A stretch of 64,000 nt of DNA from Octopus bimaculoides (GCF_001194135.2 NC_068994.1:22012363-22076362); one strand, 5' to 3'. Counted from the first letter of the stretch, positions 12,220 to 25,915 are shown. A program made the numbers and translations. The notes: generated by a model not told the origin, from the sequence alone.

Positions 12220-12472
12220 TAGCTGAAATTTATTAAAAAGAACAAAAGACAAAGACAGGTGTGTGAACAACAAACAAGTGTATTAGTTTGATGCTCAGGA
12301 AAAATGAAAAAGTCTTTTACATTTCAAGCCCACGCTCTTCAATAGAAAGGAATAAGAGAAAATAAACAGATATATATGTATATGTATGTATGTATATATA
12401 NNNNNNNNNNNNNNNNNNNNNNNNNNNNNNNNNNNNNNNNNNNNNNNNNNATATATATATATATATATATAT

Positions 12473-12532
<60 letters not shown>

Positions 12533-13894
12533 AGCGAGAGAGAGAGAGAGAAATGTCAAAAACGTAATGGCTACATGATATATTCGTAGAAAGATAAATT
12601 GATCAAAAATATATTTGTGAAAGAAAAGGTGAAATAATTGTGGAAATTTTAATATTTTTCAAACAAATTCTTAAAAACTATAGAAAGATGCAGTGCAGTG
12701 ATTTATTTTTATTTGACTCACCTGTCATAATGTTTTAGCCCCAAAACTGCGAAATTTTTTAACATTCAAATAATAATTTGTAGTTTATACAAAGCCTATA
12801 AAATATGGTGACAGGATAAGGCATACAATAATCATAAAATATAGACATTTGTGTCACATAATTGTTATTCTTCAGAAGGATATACTAGAGAAAAAATAAT
12901 TAACTGAGGTAAATTAGTCAAGTAGCAGATAAGTGCTAGTGTCCATTACTTGTTCTGGCTGTGTCTATTACGTTAAAAGTAATTTATATAAGAATAACAG
13001 GTAACATGACAATGAACAGAATAGCTTGCAGTACAGAGTTATTTCCCTTCAGCTTCAGCAGAGAAATTCCACCACTGTTAATTTTGCAAATCATCTTTAA
13101 GGAGTCGATAAAATAAGTAGCAGCCAAATTACTAGGGAGATCTAGCCTTTACAGGTTGTGATCATGTGTCTGTGTTGGAAATTATTATAATTGCAATTAT
13201 AACTAAAAAATGTTTAAATGTTTGGACATGATGCACACAAAAACAGGCACAAAAATAATTGGAAATGTATTTCATTAATAGACAATTTGTCCTTATTAAA
13301 AAAAATCCTTACATGTTAAATTAATGTACTTCAATATTTTATATGAATATTCATGTTAGCCGTTTTGATGCCAACCCATTCAAGATTGCCTCTGGCTCTT
13401 AGAACCTTCCATCAAAATTTTATGTTAATTTTTATTGCAAACATCAGCTTACTGATGGCAAAGTTATTTAGATAAATTCTTCAATATTTTCAAACTTACT
13501 TGAGACAAAGACAATGTATTTCAACAGATAATAATATCGAAGTCCATTAATTTAACATGTAATGATTTTTTTAATAAGAACAAATTATCTTTTAATGAAA
13601 TACATTTTCAAGGTAATGGAAAGGCTTAGGCTTTGATAATACTAAAAGATGCTGTGCTGGTACCCAAATATAAGTACACAGTGTTTTATAAGGAAAATAG
13701 CCGAAGTTAACTAAGGTGATTATGAAATTACAACTTTTTTTTATTCATTTATTAAAAAATATTATGAATTTTTATAAATGATCTGATTTATAAAATTCTG
13801 AAATGGAGGACATCAGTGAATTCCCATAACCTAGCTTTATAACAGAAACTGCTATAAGCTATGAGGATAATTACATAACTCTTATTCTTTTGTC

Positions 13895-15195
13895 ATCCAT
13901 TTTCCATGTAGGCATGAGTTGGACGGTTTGACAGGAGCTGGCCAGCTGAAGAGCTCCCCAGGCTCCATGTTTGTTTTGGCATGGTTGCTATGGCTGGATG
14001 CCCTTCCTAACACCAACCACTTTATAGAGTGCACTGGATGTTTTTACATAACACCAGCATGGGTGTGCTTATGCGGCACCAGTACAGGTGCTTTTTAAGT
14101 GGCACCTGCACCTACAAGCCTGCAAGATTAGGAATGCTCAGTTGGAGAGACAGGCAGGGGACATGCCTGTATGCAAAGACAACCACGATTTTACTTAGCT
14201 TGACATGTCTTCTCAAGCACAGCAAACCACCAGGAGTCTCAATTCCCTGTCATCCCCACCAAGGCCCAATGTCTAAAGATCTTTTCTCACCACTTCATCC
14301 CACATCTCCCTGGGTCTACACCTTCCACAATTAGAGATTTGTATTTCTTGATGCAACTGTCTTCATTCATTTACATTACATGAAAACATCATTTGATACC
14401 CTGTATGCCCAGTTTTTCTCTCAAATCACTTACACTCTGTTGTATATACATGCTGACATTACCCATCCAGTGGAGCATACTGGCTTCATTTCCCTCAAAC
14501 CTTCACATCTCCTCAGCAGTTACAGCCCATGTTTCCCTGCCATGTAGCATAGCTGTTTGTACACAAGCATCATACAATCTGCCTTTCACTCTGAGGTAGA
14601 AGCCTTTTGTTACTAACAGAGATAGTAACTCTCTGGACTTTGCCCAGCCTATTCTTGTTCTACTGTAACTAACTTGGTTACCTAAGTAATGGAAACTGTT
14701 TGCTACTAAGTATCCCCACTGACATTTTTTGTACATGCCTGGTGTTTAATATACCTGCACATATGCCACATGTAAAGACTACTTTCAGTGATACTACTGC
14801 ACCTCTTATGTGTCCATAGCTTGCACTGAATACACTGTATGGAGTTTCTCCCAACACCTTTTCTACATATTGAGCAGGACTATCACCCTGCAGAGATCTG
14901 TGATTTGTCTGTTTTCCTGCTTAGCAAGACTTTGATCTTTGCTAAATTAACTCTAAGGTCCTTCAATTATAGTCCTTGCTTCTATAGCTGAAATTTCTTC
15001 TCAATTTCTGGTAGTGATTCAGCAATAAGAATAAGGTCATCAGCATAGAGGAGTTCCCAAGGGAAGCCAGTCTTAAATTCCTCAGTTATAGCTTGGAGGA
15101 CTATGATAAACAAGAGGGGGCTAAGAACAGATCCCTGGTGGACTCTTACTTATACATTAAATTCTTTGCTATACTCATTGGTGATTGGTGACTTT
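13895..15195 (-). mobile_element. RTE-clade LINE 3' portion (RT fragment plus 3' UTR)
   Basis: QGSVLSPLLFIIVLQAITEEFKTGFPWELLYADDLILIAES (YADD at about 15035-15046); RTRIGWAKSRELL..KGRLYDACVQTAMLHGRETW. The 3' UTR is shared with copies at ~52.9, ~59.2 and ~63.2 kb. Confidence 0.85.
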
Positions 15196-15244
15196 CACCT
15201 GACAACATCCCTGTACATGGCCTTACAGCTCTCACCAACCACTC

Positions 15245-15304
<60 letters not shown>

Positions 15305-15830
15305 GCATATACATAAGATATATTAGTATATCCACACATATATACATGTATGTGTGTGTGTGTGTGTTTGAATTATATACAGAGTGCTTATAAATTATCT
15401 TTACAACTTCCACAATTTATTGTATTGTATCATTTTGATGTGTTGAGTGTAACCACTGGAGCCCACATAGAAGTGTTTTGATATTTCTAATAAAACTTAA
15501 GTTGTTTGTCAATAAACTCTGCTGAGTCATCCTTATTTTTCTTTTTTTCAGAATTTTTCAAATTGTAAAGGTAATTTATGGACACTCAATATACATTATA
15601 TTTATATAAGTATATGCATATATATAATTGCATATGCATGATATATTTAAATCATACATGCACACAAACATACATAAATACATACACAAACACACACACA
15701 CATACATATATGCATGTATGTATGTATGCTTGTATATATGTGTGCATGTATTTATGATTAGATATAAACATACAAATACACTATAAATGACCCCAAGGGA
15801 TCTATAAAATATTGCACAAGCAAATATCTT

Positions 15831-15864
<34 letters not shown>

Positions 15865-16099
15865 NNNNNNNNNNNNNNNNNNNNNNNNNNNNNNNNNNNN
15901 NNNNNNNNNNNNNNNNNNNNNNNNNNNNNNNNNNNNNNNNNNNNNNNNNNNNNNNNNNNNNNNNGCAAGGTTGTTTATGGAAGACCAGCAGTCACCCATG
16001 CATACTAGCCTTCTCTCTCCACACCACCGATGTTATTCAAGGGAAAGGCAAAGGCTGATATAACTTAGCACTAGTGATGTCACAACTCATTTCTACATT

Positions 16100-16204
<105 letters not shown>

Positions 16205-16837
16205 TATATGTCAAAAAGATGCACCAAAAGGTGCAACTTGATACCAAACAAGTTAGGGCCATGATAGATATATTTCTCACTCCACTGCTATGTTCCAGAT
16301 AGGCTAAGTATGTGGAGTCCACATGTCATAAAAAAAAGGAACACAGAAAATGTAACCAGTATTTATGCTTCATATAATACATACGTGTTTCCAAAAGCTA
16401 GCCACCATAAATTACAAGAACATAAAGGCTCTTTCACGCAACGCATTCAGCCAGCTCACTTTGTCATCTTTATCGACAAGAAATACAACACAAAGATGGA
16501 GGCCCTTATAAACATCAGCATGCAAATAATTACAGCTAGAATTATCATGGGAGAATAGATTAGAAGGTTAAGAATGTGAACAGGAGCAGAGAAAGGAAGG
16601 CTATCAAGGCCATGTTTCACCCAATGTGGATAATAACAATGATAATAATGATTATGATGATAATGATGATGATAATAATGATGATGATGATAATGATGAT
16701 GATGATAATAACAACAACAACAACAACAATGATGATAATAATAACTATAATGACAAAAATAAAATAGAGCAATAAAAATAACAATAACAATAAAACTAAT
16801 AGAAATAAAAATGCCAAACAGATCACAATTGCAGTAA

Positions 16838-17051
16838 TATTGGCTTCAAATTTTGGCACAAGGCCAGCAATTTCGGGGACGGGATAAGTCAATTACATCG
16901 AATCAGTGCGCAACTGGTACTTGTTTTTTCGACCCCAAAAGGATGAAAGGTAAAATCAACCTTGGTGGAATTTGAATTTGGAACATAGCAATGGGCAAAA
17001 TACTGCTAAGCATTTTATCCAGCATGCTAACAATTCCGCCAGCTTGCCACC

Positions 17052-17053
<2 letters not shown>
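16838..17053 (-). mobile_element. SINE family A copy
   Basis: Reverse complement of the copy at 26294-26505 (shared GACCCCAAAAGGATGAAAGG..AAGTCGACCTCGG..GAATTTGAACTC core); abuts (TAA)n. Confidence 0.75.
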
Positions 17054-17125
<72 letters not shown>

Positions 17126-17334
17126 CTTTTCTACTNNNNNNNNNNCTACTACAGGCACAAGGCCTGAAACTTTGGGAGAAGTGGGGCTTGATATGAAGAA
17201 AAGGTATCTGGAAAAACTCCATGTGGTGTACTCAATGCAAGCTATGGACACATAAGAGAAACAGGTTTTTCATATGGAAAACCTGCTTCTCTTATGAGTG
17301 TCCACCATATATTTATGCACCATTTTGGCTTGAA

Positions 17335-17384
<50 letters not shown>

Positions 17385-17728
17385 TTTACAGACAGGCCGG
17401 CAGGAAGGCAAGCAGAGAGAAAGCCAAGTGAGTGGACAGACAGACAGATAGATAGGTAGATAAATAGATCCCTCACACACACAATGTCACTCATGTCATT
17501 AATGGGACATAACTCTCTAAAATAGATTTTTGGCAACTATGTTTTAGACTTTGAGAAATGAGTATCAGATTAATTATGGTTGTAATCAAGTGACTTGGAA
17601 CCAACGAAATTATCTATGCAAATATGTATGAAAGCGATTTCATATCCACACTGACTAAAACAAGTTGCACACACATTCTCATCCATGACACACAGAGACT
17701 TTCACACTGGATGAAAGTTAATCCATTA

Positions 17729-19897
17729 TCAAGAATTGCTTATTGAACCATAGTTGCATTGAGTACTGCTTAGTTTTGGTTCACTGACGCAACAACATCC
17801 ATTGGTCAGACGGTTGACAAACATGATGACTTGTTGTTGCTTAAAATAAAACCATGCAATGATGGATATAGACACAGTCAAGCTGAGCACAAGCACAGCT
17901 AAAGAGTAGTAAAATACATGTGGAGGCAAGTGATTATCTGAAGTTACCAGGAGAGTGAATTCCAAGATGCAGAATTGAGGTAGTGTGGACGTTAAAGCCA
18001 TCAGGTTTGTTGCTGACAAGTGTACGGTTTTGTGAACATATGACTTCCTGTAAATAAAATACAAGTTGTAACGATCGACACAATATTTGAGAATGATATA
18101 GAGACATCCAAATATTGAAATAATTGGGAAGAGTATGCTGTAAGTAATGACCACAGAGAACAGGCAGAGAATCCATGCATATTGTTCACCAAAATCAAAT
18201 TCAATGGTATCATATTCTCTTAACGTACTTCTCTTTGCAATTGAACGGATTGTCAAGTAACGCCACAGTAGTTTTAGTAATTCAGAAATTCGAAGAAGTT
18301 CGAGACCAGTGCCAGTGAATGCTGAAACTATGACATAGTTCACAAACAAAACATTGTTTACCATTGTGAACATACAATGCATTTTCGACTGTATATTCAC
18401 AGATTTGGACAGAAAATCATATGCTGTCAGACCCAGTGATGGTAAGATTAGAACTGCAAATAAAAGTGTTATAAACAAAGCTATAATGGTTTTTTTCTGT
18501 TTTGAACTTTTTGTCCAACTCCTTAGAAAGGCAACTGCAGCAGTTACAATCATTGGTAGTAGATTAACCATAAATTTAAGCAGAAAACTTTGTATAATAT
18601 CTAACAAGGAAGATTTTGTTTTGTTAATTTTTTCAAAAAAAGATGTAACAAGAGTAGGACTTGTAACAACTATACAGACAAAAAACAAAATAACTACAAC
18701 TATTACTTTTCTAATAAATTTAGAAAAATGTGAGGTAGGCATATTTTGCCAGATAATATCTTCCTTAGGTGGAGCATACCTTATTCGCCACTTTTTGACT
18801 CGTAGTACATCACTAAATTCTGATGGGATGACAGGACGTTTGCATTTGCAAAATAAATAAAAAGATGAATATATATATTTTGCCTCTTCTACTGAAGCTA
18901 ATTTCACAAATACTATCCCCAGTGATTTTTCTTTAAGTTTCTCACTTTCCATGGCTCTTTCTGATAAGATTGCTTCCTCTGTTTCTTCAAGATTGTTTAT
19001 ATGATTATTTCTAAAACTTGTACAGTCAACATTTTCTTTGATGTCAGATTCTTGATAGGTTTCCACGTTTAGAACATTTTGGTAATGCTCTTTGAAATGA
19101 CGGATTTTTTGAAGTTTTTGGTCTAATTCCAAGATTTTTCTGGTATCATACACATTTACTATTTTTTCAACAGTTATATTCGGATATGCTCTGTTCAAAT
19201 GCAATTCAATCAAATTCTTGCTGTTTTCAACCCGAGGGATATTACTTATCAGCAAGGTATTTGATTTATTACTTGTCCATAAATGCTGTGATAAACGAAG
19301 CAGCAAGAATATGGTTGCTAGTAAATATAACAGGGAAATTGTGACATGTAGCCAAAGAAGATTGGAGTGAACATTAATTGTTGTTGTACTACTAAGATCG
19401 TTAGATGCAAATTGTCCTCCTGTATAATTAACGGGTAAGATTATCACAACAGTGAGAAATAATATGAAGAAAAGGTAACCAATCAAATACCTTTGAAAAC
19501 GCAAATAAGCTATAGCATCTGGCCCACATTTTTGTGCGATATCCTTGTCAGTGAGCCGCCAGAAAACTCGGAGCCAGGAAGTGAATTGATCTGTTTGACG
19601 AAGATGTTCTGGAAATGAAGTCTCGGCTGTTGTTGATTCACCACTCAAATGCAATTCATTGACAGATGATAAATCTGTTAAAGTATTAGAAGATGGACTG
19701 ATACATGAAGCTTCGTTCTGACGATAATTTTTAATCAGTTTTGGTATGAATGAAAATATTATCAAACAGACAATCCATATTACTGAATTAAAAGCAAAAT
19801 TATAAGCAATAGAACTGACAGCCACACTACTTGTGTTGTTGCAGTTAGATATATTTCCATTAAAAAACTCAGTTAACATTGTATCTATTGATGACAT
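17729..19897 (-). CDS. TMEM63: OSCA/TMEM63 (CSC1-like) mechano/osmo-sensitive cation channel, single-exon, 722 aa
   Basis: Uninterrupted ORF with about 11 hydrophobic segments. Family motifs: KCGPDAIAYLRFQRYL..ILPVNYTG, LWLH, TLLISNIP, GIVFV, WRIRYAPPKEDIIWQN, LILPSLGLT, FVNYVIVSAFTGTGLELLR, FDFGEQYAW..YSILFPII..FG..Y...KYCVDRYNLYF. Confidence 0.93.
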   Translation of the reverse strand: MSSIDTMLTEFFNGNISNCNNTSSVAVSSIAYNFAFNSVIWIVCLIIFSFIPKLIKNYRQNEASCISPSSNTLTDLSSVNELHLSGESTTAETSFPEHLRQTDQFTSWLRVFWRLTDKDIAQKCGPDAIAYLRFQRYLIGYLFFILFLTVVIILPVNYTGGQFASNDLSSTTTINVHSNLLWLHVTISLLYLLATIFLLLRLSQHLWTSNKSNTLLISNIPRVENSKNLIELHLNRAYPNITVEKIVNVYDTRKILELDQKLQKIRHFKEHYQNVLNVETYQESDIKENVDCTSFRNNHINNLEETEEAILSERAMESEKLKEKSLGIVFVKLASVEEAKYIYSSFYLFCKCKRPVIPSEFSDVLRVKKWRIRYAPPKEDIIWQNMPTSHFSKFIRKVIVVVILFFVCIVVTSPTLVTSFFEKINKTKSSLLDIIQSFLLKFMVNLLPMIVTAAVAFLRSWTKSSKQKKTIIALFITLLFAVLILPSLGLTAYDFLSKSVNIQSKMHCMFTMVNNVLFVNYVIVSAFTGTGLELLRISELLKLLWRYLTIRSIAKRSTLREYDTIEFDFGEQYAWILCLFSVVITYSILFPIISIFGCLYIILKYCVDRYNLYFIYRKSYVHKTVHLSATNLMALTSTLPQFCILEFTLLVTSDNHLPPHVFYYSLAVLVLSLTVSISIIAWFYFKQQQVIMFVNRLTNGCCCVSEPKLSSTQCNYGSISNS

Positions 19898-20899
19898 TTT
19901 TAAAGATTTTTTGACAGAAATGTTCGTTTTAAGCTTGTCTTAGAATTATTACAGTGATAATGCTCTGGTTGGTAAGATTTAATATACTAACCAACTAGCT
20001 TCTATTTCTGCTTTCAAATAACAGTGGTGACAATAAATAAACTTTGTATTTTAAAACATAATAGATTAGACATGTGATATGATATCAGAGGTTCAGTTTC
20101 GTATGACCTAGATAAGAGAATAGTTATGTAGTAGAAGTGCAATGACTTCTAGTATATAGGAGTGAATTTAAGAAATTTCTGTCTTATCAAACAGCCATTT
20201 ACTCAATTTTATCTTGAAAGGATTAAAGTAAAGTATATATCTGCAAATTGTAGTATTAGTCACACATATATACATCATTTATAATATTTATTTCAAGCGA
20301 ATTATAAAATTTTCTAATTGTGCTTAAGTTTCTCTAGATAACAAAGAAGGTTTATATCATATCCTACTTCTTGCTTTACTAGCACAGACAGCATTTAATA
20401 TGTCAGTTCTATTGTGTAAGGATAGCTGGCTTAACAAAGAAATGACACTATTCTTTTCTTTTCCTAGTATTCCTCAATGGACAATGGTCATACTGGATCA
20501 TCATTAATGGTTTTAGTCAATTGTATCAATACTAAAGCCTTGTCAAATATTTAATTTTATTTATTTCATAAGAAAAGGAAGGTGAATTGTCATTGGTGTA
20601 AGAAGAAACACAGTGCAAAAATGTGTGTATGAGAGCAAACCTAACCAATCATCCACCCTTATCGTCTCCCAGTTTTCTTTTGTTTGTTTTTATTGTCTCC
20701 TTCTCCTCCTCCTCTTCCTCCTCCTCTGTCACTATAGTAACTGATTTCCTTTACTGTTCTACTTCACTCCTCACTCCTTGTTGGACAGTTTTGCTACTTT
20801 CACTCATTTTCTTTCCTTTCTCACTTTTGCAGTCTATTTTTTGCCTTTTTATCTTCTCTTCTTTACCATTTCATTTATCAAATTATTTTTACCGTCTTC

Positions 20900-20974
<75 letters not shown>

Positions 20975-22729
20975 CACACATGCGCGCACACGCTCACACG
21001 TGCGCACACACACACACACACACACTTTCCACTTATTTTATGTCTACCTCACTAATATTATCAATACCTCTTTCACTTTTCTGCATTCCTTTTTCTTTCT
21101 TTCTCCTAGAAATCTATAAGCAAGCTAATTAAATCAGTATATGTGTTAGCTACAGAAATTGACAACAGGAAGAAAAATATTCTGGATGTGAGTTCAAACT
21201 ATGGACATGACAAAATATAGCTTTATCAAGTAGCAATCAAGAAACCTGTCTTCTCATGGATCTTTCTGCCTCTGATTCCCTAGACTAATTGGCTACAAAT
21301 GATGTTTCCATCAAATACACCATGAAAAAGAAAATTTGCCATACACACGAATTTTAATCTTGTTCACAAATTTGGAATTCAATTCCATTGGATTGATTCC
21401 ATCTTATTTGTAGGACTCACTGCAGGGAGAAAGAGTGCTTTTATATTGTTAAAATCTAGCCAGTTCTTGGATTCTGTAATGCTCTCAACAGGAAGTAACG
21501 TTGCATGATAAACACAAATGCACCAAATGGTTTCCAAGACCATTTATCAATATGATCCAGACAGGTGAATTTAACCCTAACCCTAACCATCTTACCAGAA
21601 GATGGAGGTTTTGAATCCCTGGTTGAGTAGTATGAAATTGGTAACAAGTGGATAATTCTTTAGTAATGGTTAAATGAGTTATTGATATTTGGTTAGAACT
21701 CTGTGTTGTTACCAATATCAAAACTAAGTCCATTGAAAATTTTCAAGGAAACCATTTATTTACATAAAGCCAAGAGTAAACTGTATGCCAGAAGTGTCTT
21801 GATAAGCATTTATCACTAGAGATATGACTACAGATATTTGTTTGTGGTGTTAGAGGCAGGAAAGTTCTGCTCTTTGTAGGCATACTTTTCCATTTAATCC
21901 AGGATCAAACAGCAACCAAGAAACCTGTCATCTCATGGATGGGTCTCTGTTGCCTGCCTCTGTCTCTCTGGACTGATTATGTCATGCATCTCATTTTTTA
22001 GCCATGTTCTGCAGGAAACTCATGGAAAATTCCATCAATCATATGATAGCAGCTGAAAAACTATTGGACAGAATTCAAGGTAGGTCACCTTGTTACAGAG
22101 CTAACACAGTTTCAAATCTAATCCCTGTAACAATTTCATACTGCCCACTTCTGATGAAGACATTTAATGTACAAAGTCTGAGTTTTGAAATTCAATAGAA
22201 TCCATCAAATATATCTGCAAATGTCGTCAAAGGAACTGACACTGTAATTTTTATTCTGATGCAGCAATATAGTTATGATGTTACCCAAATATGCAGCAGT
22301 ACAGTTTTCTGGCACTTTTTGCCTTTCCCAATCATAAAGATATCCAAGGATTCAACAAGTTGCTGTTTATTTGGAAAATAGCCCACATATTTATGCAAGT
22401 AAATGCTGTACAGAAGCAAAAAGTCAAACAATGCTTACAGCTTTTTTCAAGTTCTTCTAGTATGATCTCTTTGTAAAAACATAGCTCTACCATCAGATTT
22501 TGTCTGACATACATGGAACAATCAACAATGGAGACAAAGAATGTAAGATGTGCCTGTTGAAGGCCAGCTTGGAATAAGTTTTAACAGTGCCGTTGGAAGA
22601 GAGTCTACAGTATATGTCAATCAACATAAATAAGCTTTCTTTGATTTTTTTTCTCTGTTAAATGGAAAATTCCAGTTCATTCCAATGTCAAAATTTGTAC
22701 CACTACACACTATGTATTTGAATTGTTGA

Positions 22730-24380
22730 AGAATGATGTGCGGTAGAACACAACATAGTCAGAAGCTTCTGTATACCCATCAAAGAGTCTGTAAACCATC
22801 CAATGTGTGTCAGTACTGGCTCAAGTGTCACAATTCTATTGTTGAAGATTTCAAGCATCAAACTCAACAGATGTGCCCTTGCATTGATATAGAATATATA
22901 AATAAAATCAACAATGCAGCCCTCGTCAACAAGCTTTTCATAAAAACAACCTCCTTAATCTAACTACATGACTAAAGTCAATAATCTAGCAACAGCAATT
23001 TAAAAGAGACATCATATGGCAAATGTTATTAACATTGACACATTACTACCATATGAGAAAAAGGATAAATGCAAATTCTGTGTAAATCAGAAGGCGGTCT
23101 GTTTTTCTATTTTTGCAAGTACCTAGAATTTGCTTCCTTGTCTGTCATGTTCAGGGTGGAACATGACAGACATTCCTGATCAGTTTCACCAAAGTCCATC
23201 AACATAAAAGAATAGCTATTGCAGTTGTTACTTCAGTTGTTGTCATCACATTCTTTCCTAGAAGTTGTACAATACATTCTGCTTTCGAGCTCCCTTTGGA
23301 TTTTGGTAAAAATGATACACTTGCTTGCAACATAGCCAAGAATTTGGAAACTAGACAAGTTCTTAAGCACTTACAAATTATTGAATTGTATGAATACACA
23401 ATGGCACACGAGGAAGCTCTGGGGGCCCTAGTCTGCACTTTGGAGTACTTGCATGACAATAGATTTTAAATGGCGGAGTAGTGAGTATGTTTTCAGATTC
23501 TGCCCGATATCCCAGAAAATAAAAACTGATGAAATTCATGCTTTTAAAACTGTGACCAAAGTTAAAATCTTCAAACTGTCTACAAGCATAAAAGTCAATC
23601 ATTTCGGAGATCAGTTGTCTGGTGAACTTTGCCAAAAGTTTATTACTGGTTGAATAGAGAGATTTCCCTCCAACAGTAATGATGCCATGAATCCAGCTTC
23701 TATGTGTGCAATAGTTAAGAAAATAGGTGAATTAGTATTAAACAACTAATACATAAGTGGTTGTATTGGGATAATGCTTGGATCAGCAGCATCACTTCAC
23801 AGCTACTGCAGCTACTTTCATGTCATAGACAATCAACAAATCAGAAGACACTGTTGTAGATCATAGAAAAATAATTTACTACCCTGCAAAATTTTAAAAT
23901 TAATTGAAACATTAAAAGAAATTTTAATCATTTGTAAATTATGTTATTGTTCGATTTGATGCACTTTACTCGTCTCTCCATAATACAGCTCAAGGGAGCT
24001 AACTCTACTTCGACTGACTTCCAATTTTTTAAATCGGTAATTATAAAATAACGCATTCATTTCTGAGACCCAAGAACTAGATTAAATCCACTGTTTACAA
24101 GTCAAGTGGAGGTATTATATTTAAACTACAGCACAAACTCCAGTATGAAAAGTATCCCCGATAATGCTGCAGTATAATTTAGATCAACCATAACTATGCA
24201 ATGACACAAGGCAAATTGTTAACTTCATGCTATATGCCATTGAGACCACAAATTTCACTGGATGGATCAAAAGAGAGGATACAATTATACACTCATACCA
24301 ATAGATGTATGCTTTAGATGAAGGAGCTATCACTTTTCAAAACACTTAAGCTTTGCCATGTGAAATGCATAACAAAGCAA
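22730..24380 (+). pseudogene. Decayed Helitron RepHel helicase region, interrupted by a 210-bp insertion
   Basis: Manual translation: CKPSNVCQYWLKCHNSIVEDF..NKINNAAL; IAIAVVTSVVVITFFPRSCTIHSAFELPL..CNIAKN..LQIIELYEYTMAHEEALGAL; DTVVD..IYYPAKFL; QHKLQYEK.SPIMLQYNLDQP.LCNDTR..IETT.FTG; FAM. These correspond to the Helitron PIF1 helicase motifs. Confidence 0.8.
23914..24123. repeat. 210-bp direct repeat, copy 1 (inserted in the Helitron helicase frame)
   Basis: Manual alignment to copy 2 shows 7 substitutions. Confidence 0.9.
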
Positions 24381-24509
24381 GTCTTGTACGAATAGAATGT
24401 ACTCATACTAACTATAAAATAGAAGTATTATCCAAAGTCAATGTGTCTATAAAAATGTATTAAAATATATTAATCTTAACCGCCAGTGAAGGAAATTATA
24501 ATTAGCTCC

Positions 24510-24719
24510 AAAAGAAATTTTAATCATTTGTAAATTATGTTATTGTTCGATTTGATGCACTTTACTCATCTCTCCATAATACAGCTCAAGGGAGCTAACT
24601 CTACTTCGACTGACTTCCAATTTTTAAAATCGTTAATTATAAAATAACGCATTCATTTCTGAGACCCAAGAACTAGATTGAATCCACTGTTTACAAGTCA
24701 AGTGGGTGTATTACATTTA
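24510..24719. repeat. 210-bp direct repeat, copy 2
   Basis: 596 bp downstream of copy 1, same orientation. Confidence 0.9.
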
Positions 24720-24859
24720 TTATTATATCATTAATAAGACGGTGGAATATCAGAATCGTTAGAGTGTCATAAAATCCTGGTGATGTACCAAAATCGGATT
24801 TTACCAGTTTGGTTTGATCGACCAAATTTCAGGCTAATTTATACCTCGTTAATAAAAAC

Positions 24860-25915
24860 TTATTGGCTTTAATAAGAAATCTTTGAAAGCTGATTCCATT
24901 TCTGGTTTGGACCTGAAAGTTTTATCACTTAAAAACGTGTATGAATGCTTTAAAAAAATAGTAGTCAGTGGGTGAAATATGGAGGATGTGATAGTCTCGT
25001 ATCCAAAGTCTGTGAGTTTCTGCAGCGTCATTTTTGCAACACGTGGCTTTGCATTATCGTGGAGCAAAACTGGGCCACGCCAATTCACCAATGCAGGTCT
25101 CATTTTTTTGCAAATGAGCATGCATTTCAGCGTGTTGATTGCAGTAAACCTCTGCTGTAATGCTCTGATTGGTTTCCAGAAAGCTGTAATGGACAACACC
25201 AATTGCAGACCACCAGACAGTCACCATACTCTTTTGCTGATTGGGGGACTCATCACGATGAAGCCATTGACATGATCGTTTACGGTTGTCATAAAGGATC
25301 CACTTTTCGTCATAAGTCACTCTTCTGTCAAGAAAAGGATCACTGATGTTTCGCAGAAAGAGCATCGAGCACACTCCAAAACGCCGAACTTTTTGATTTT
25401 CATTGAGCTCATGCGGCACCCATTTATCGAGCTTTTTCACTTTACCAATCTTCTGCAGATTGTGTGAGACCGTTGCAATACCGACACCAGGTGCCTGAGA
25501 CATTTCTCTGACACTTTGACGTGGGTTTTGTTCAACAATCGCTTTCAACTGTTCATTGTCAAGACTGCACGACCGTCCTCTTCCTTCTTTATCTTCAAGG
25601 CTCTCATCAACACAACGGAATTTCTGAAACCACGATCACTCGTGGACCCCTCTCCCCATGCTCTGTTGATATTGGCAGCAGTTTGGGAGGCATTGTGCTC
25701 AAGCGTGAACTCATGCAAGAAAAAGTAAGCGAAGGTCCTTTTTTGTCATCCTCATAATTAAGGGCGCCTATGCTTCAAGAATGTTTTCTGTCTGAAATTA
25801 GTAGAAAATTAATTATTAAGTATGTCGAAATTCATCTAAAATATAATTAAAATACTGTGATAAAATTGCGTTTCAAAACACAACACCAGGGGCCATTATT
25901 TTCGGAATAACCTAA
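24860..25915 (-). mobile_element. Mariner (Tc1/mariner) element with a disrupted transposase
   Basis: MTKKDLRLLFLHEF..HNASQTAANINRAWGEG HTH; LDKWVPHEL; TYDEKWILYDN; LLHDNAKP; HPPY(SPDL deleted)SPTDY. One TIR TTAGGTTATTCCGAA plus TA at 25916-17; the other TIR is not recognisable. Confidence 0.9.

Noticed and set aside
17934-18860. ORFs 18354-18860 (+), 17934-18176 (-) and 18001-18213 (-)
   Set aside because: Shadow or alternative frames of the TMEM63-like CDS
21572-21590. AACCCTAACCCTAACC telomere-like motif
   Set aside because: Only about 2.5 units; common by chance or inside MITEs, not an interstitial telomere
23914-24719. TRIM/LTR interpretation of the 210-bp direct repeats
   Set aside because: No TG..CA ends, PBS or PPT, and the intervening DNA is Helitron helicase sequence continuous with the left flank
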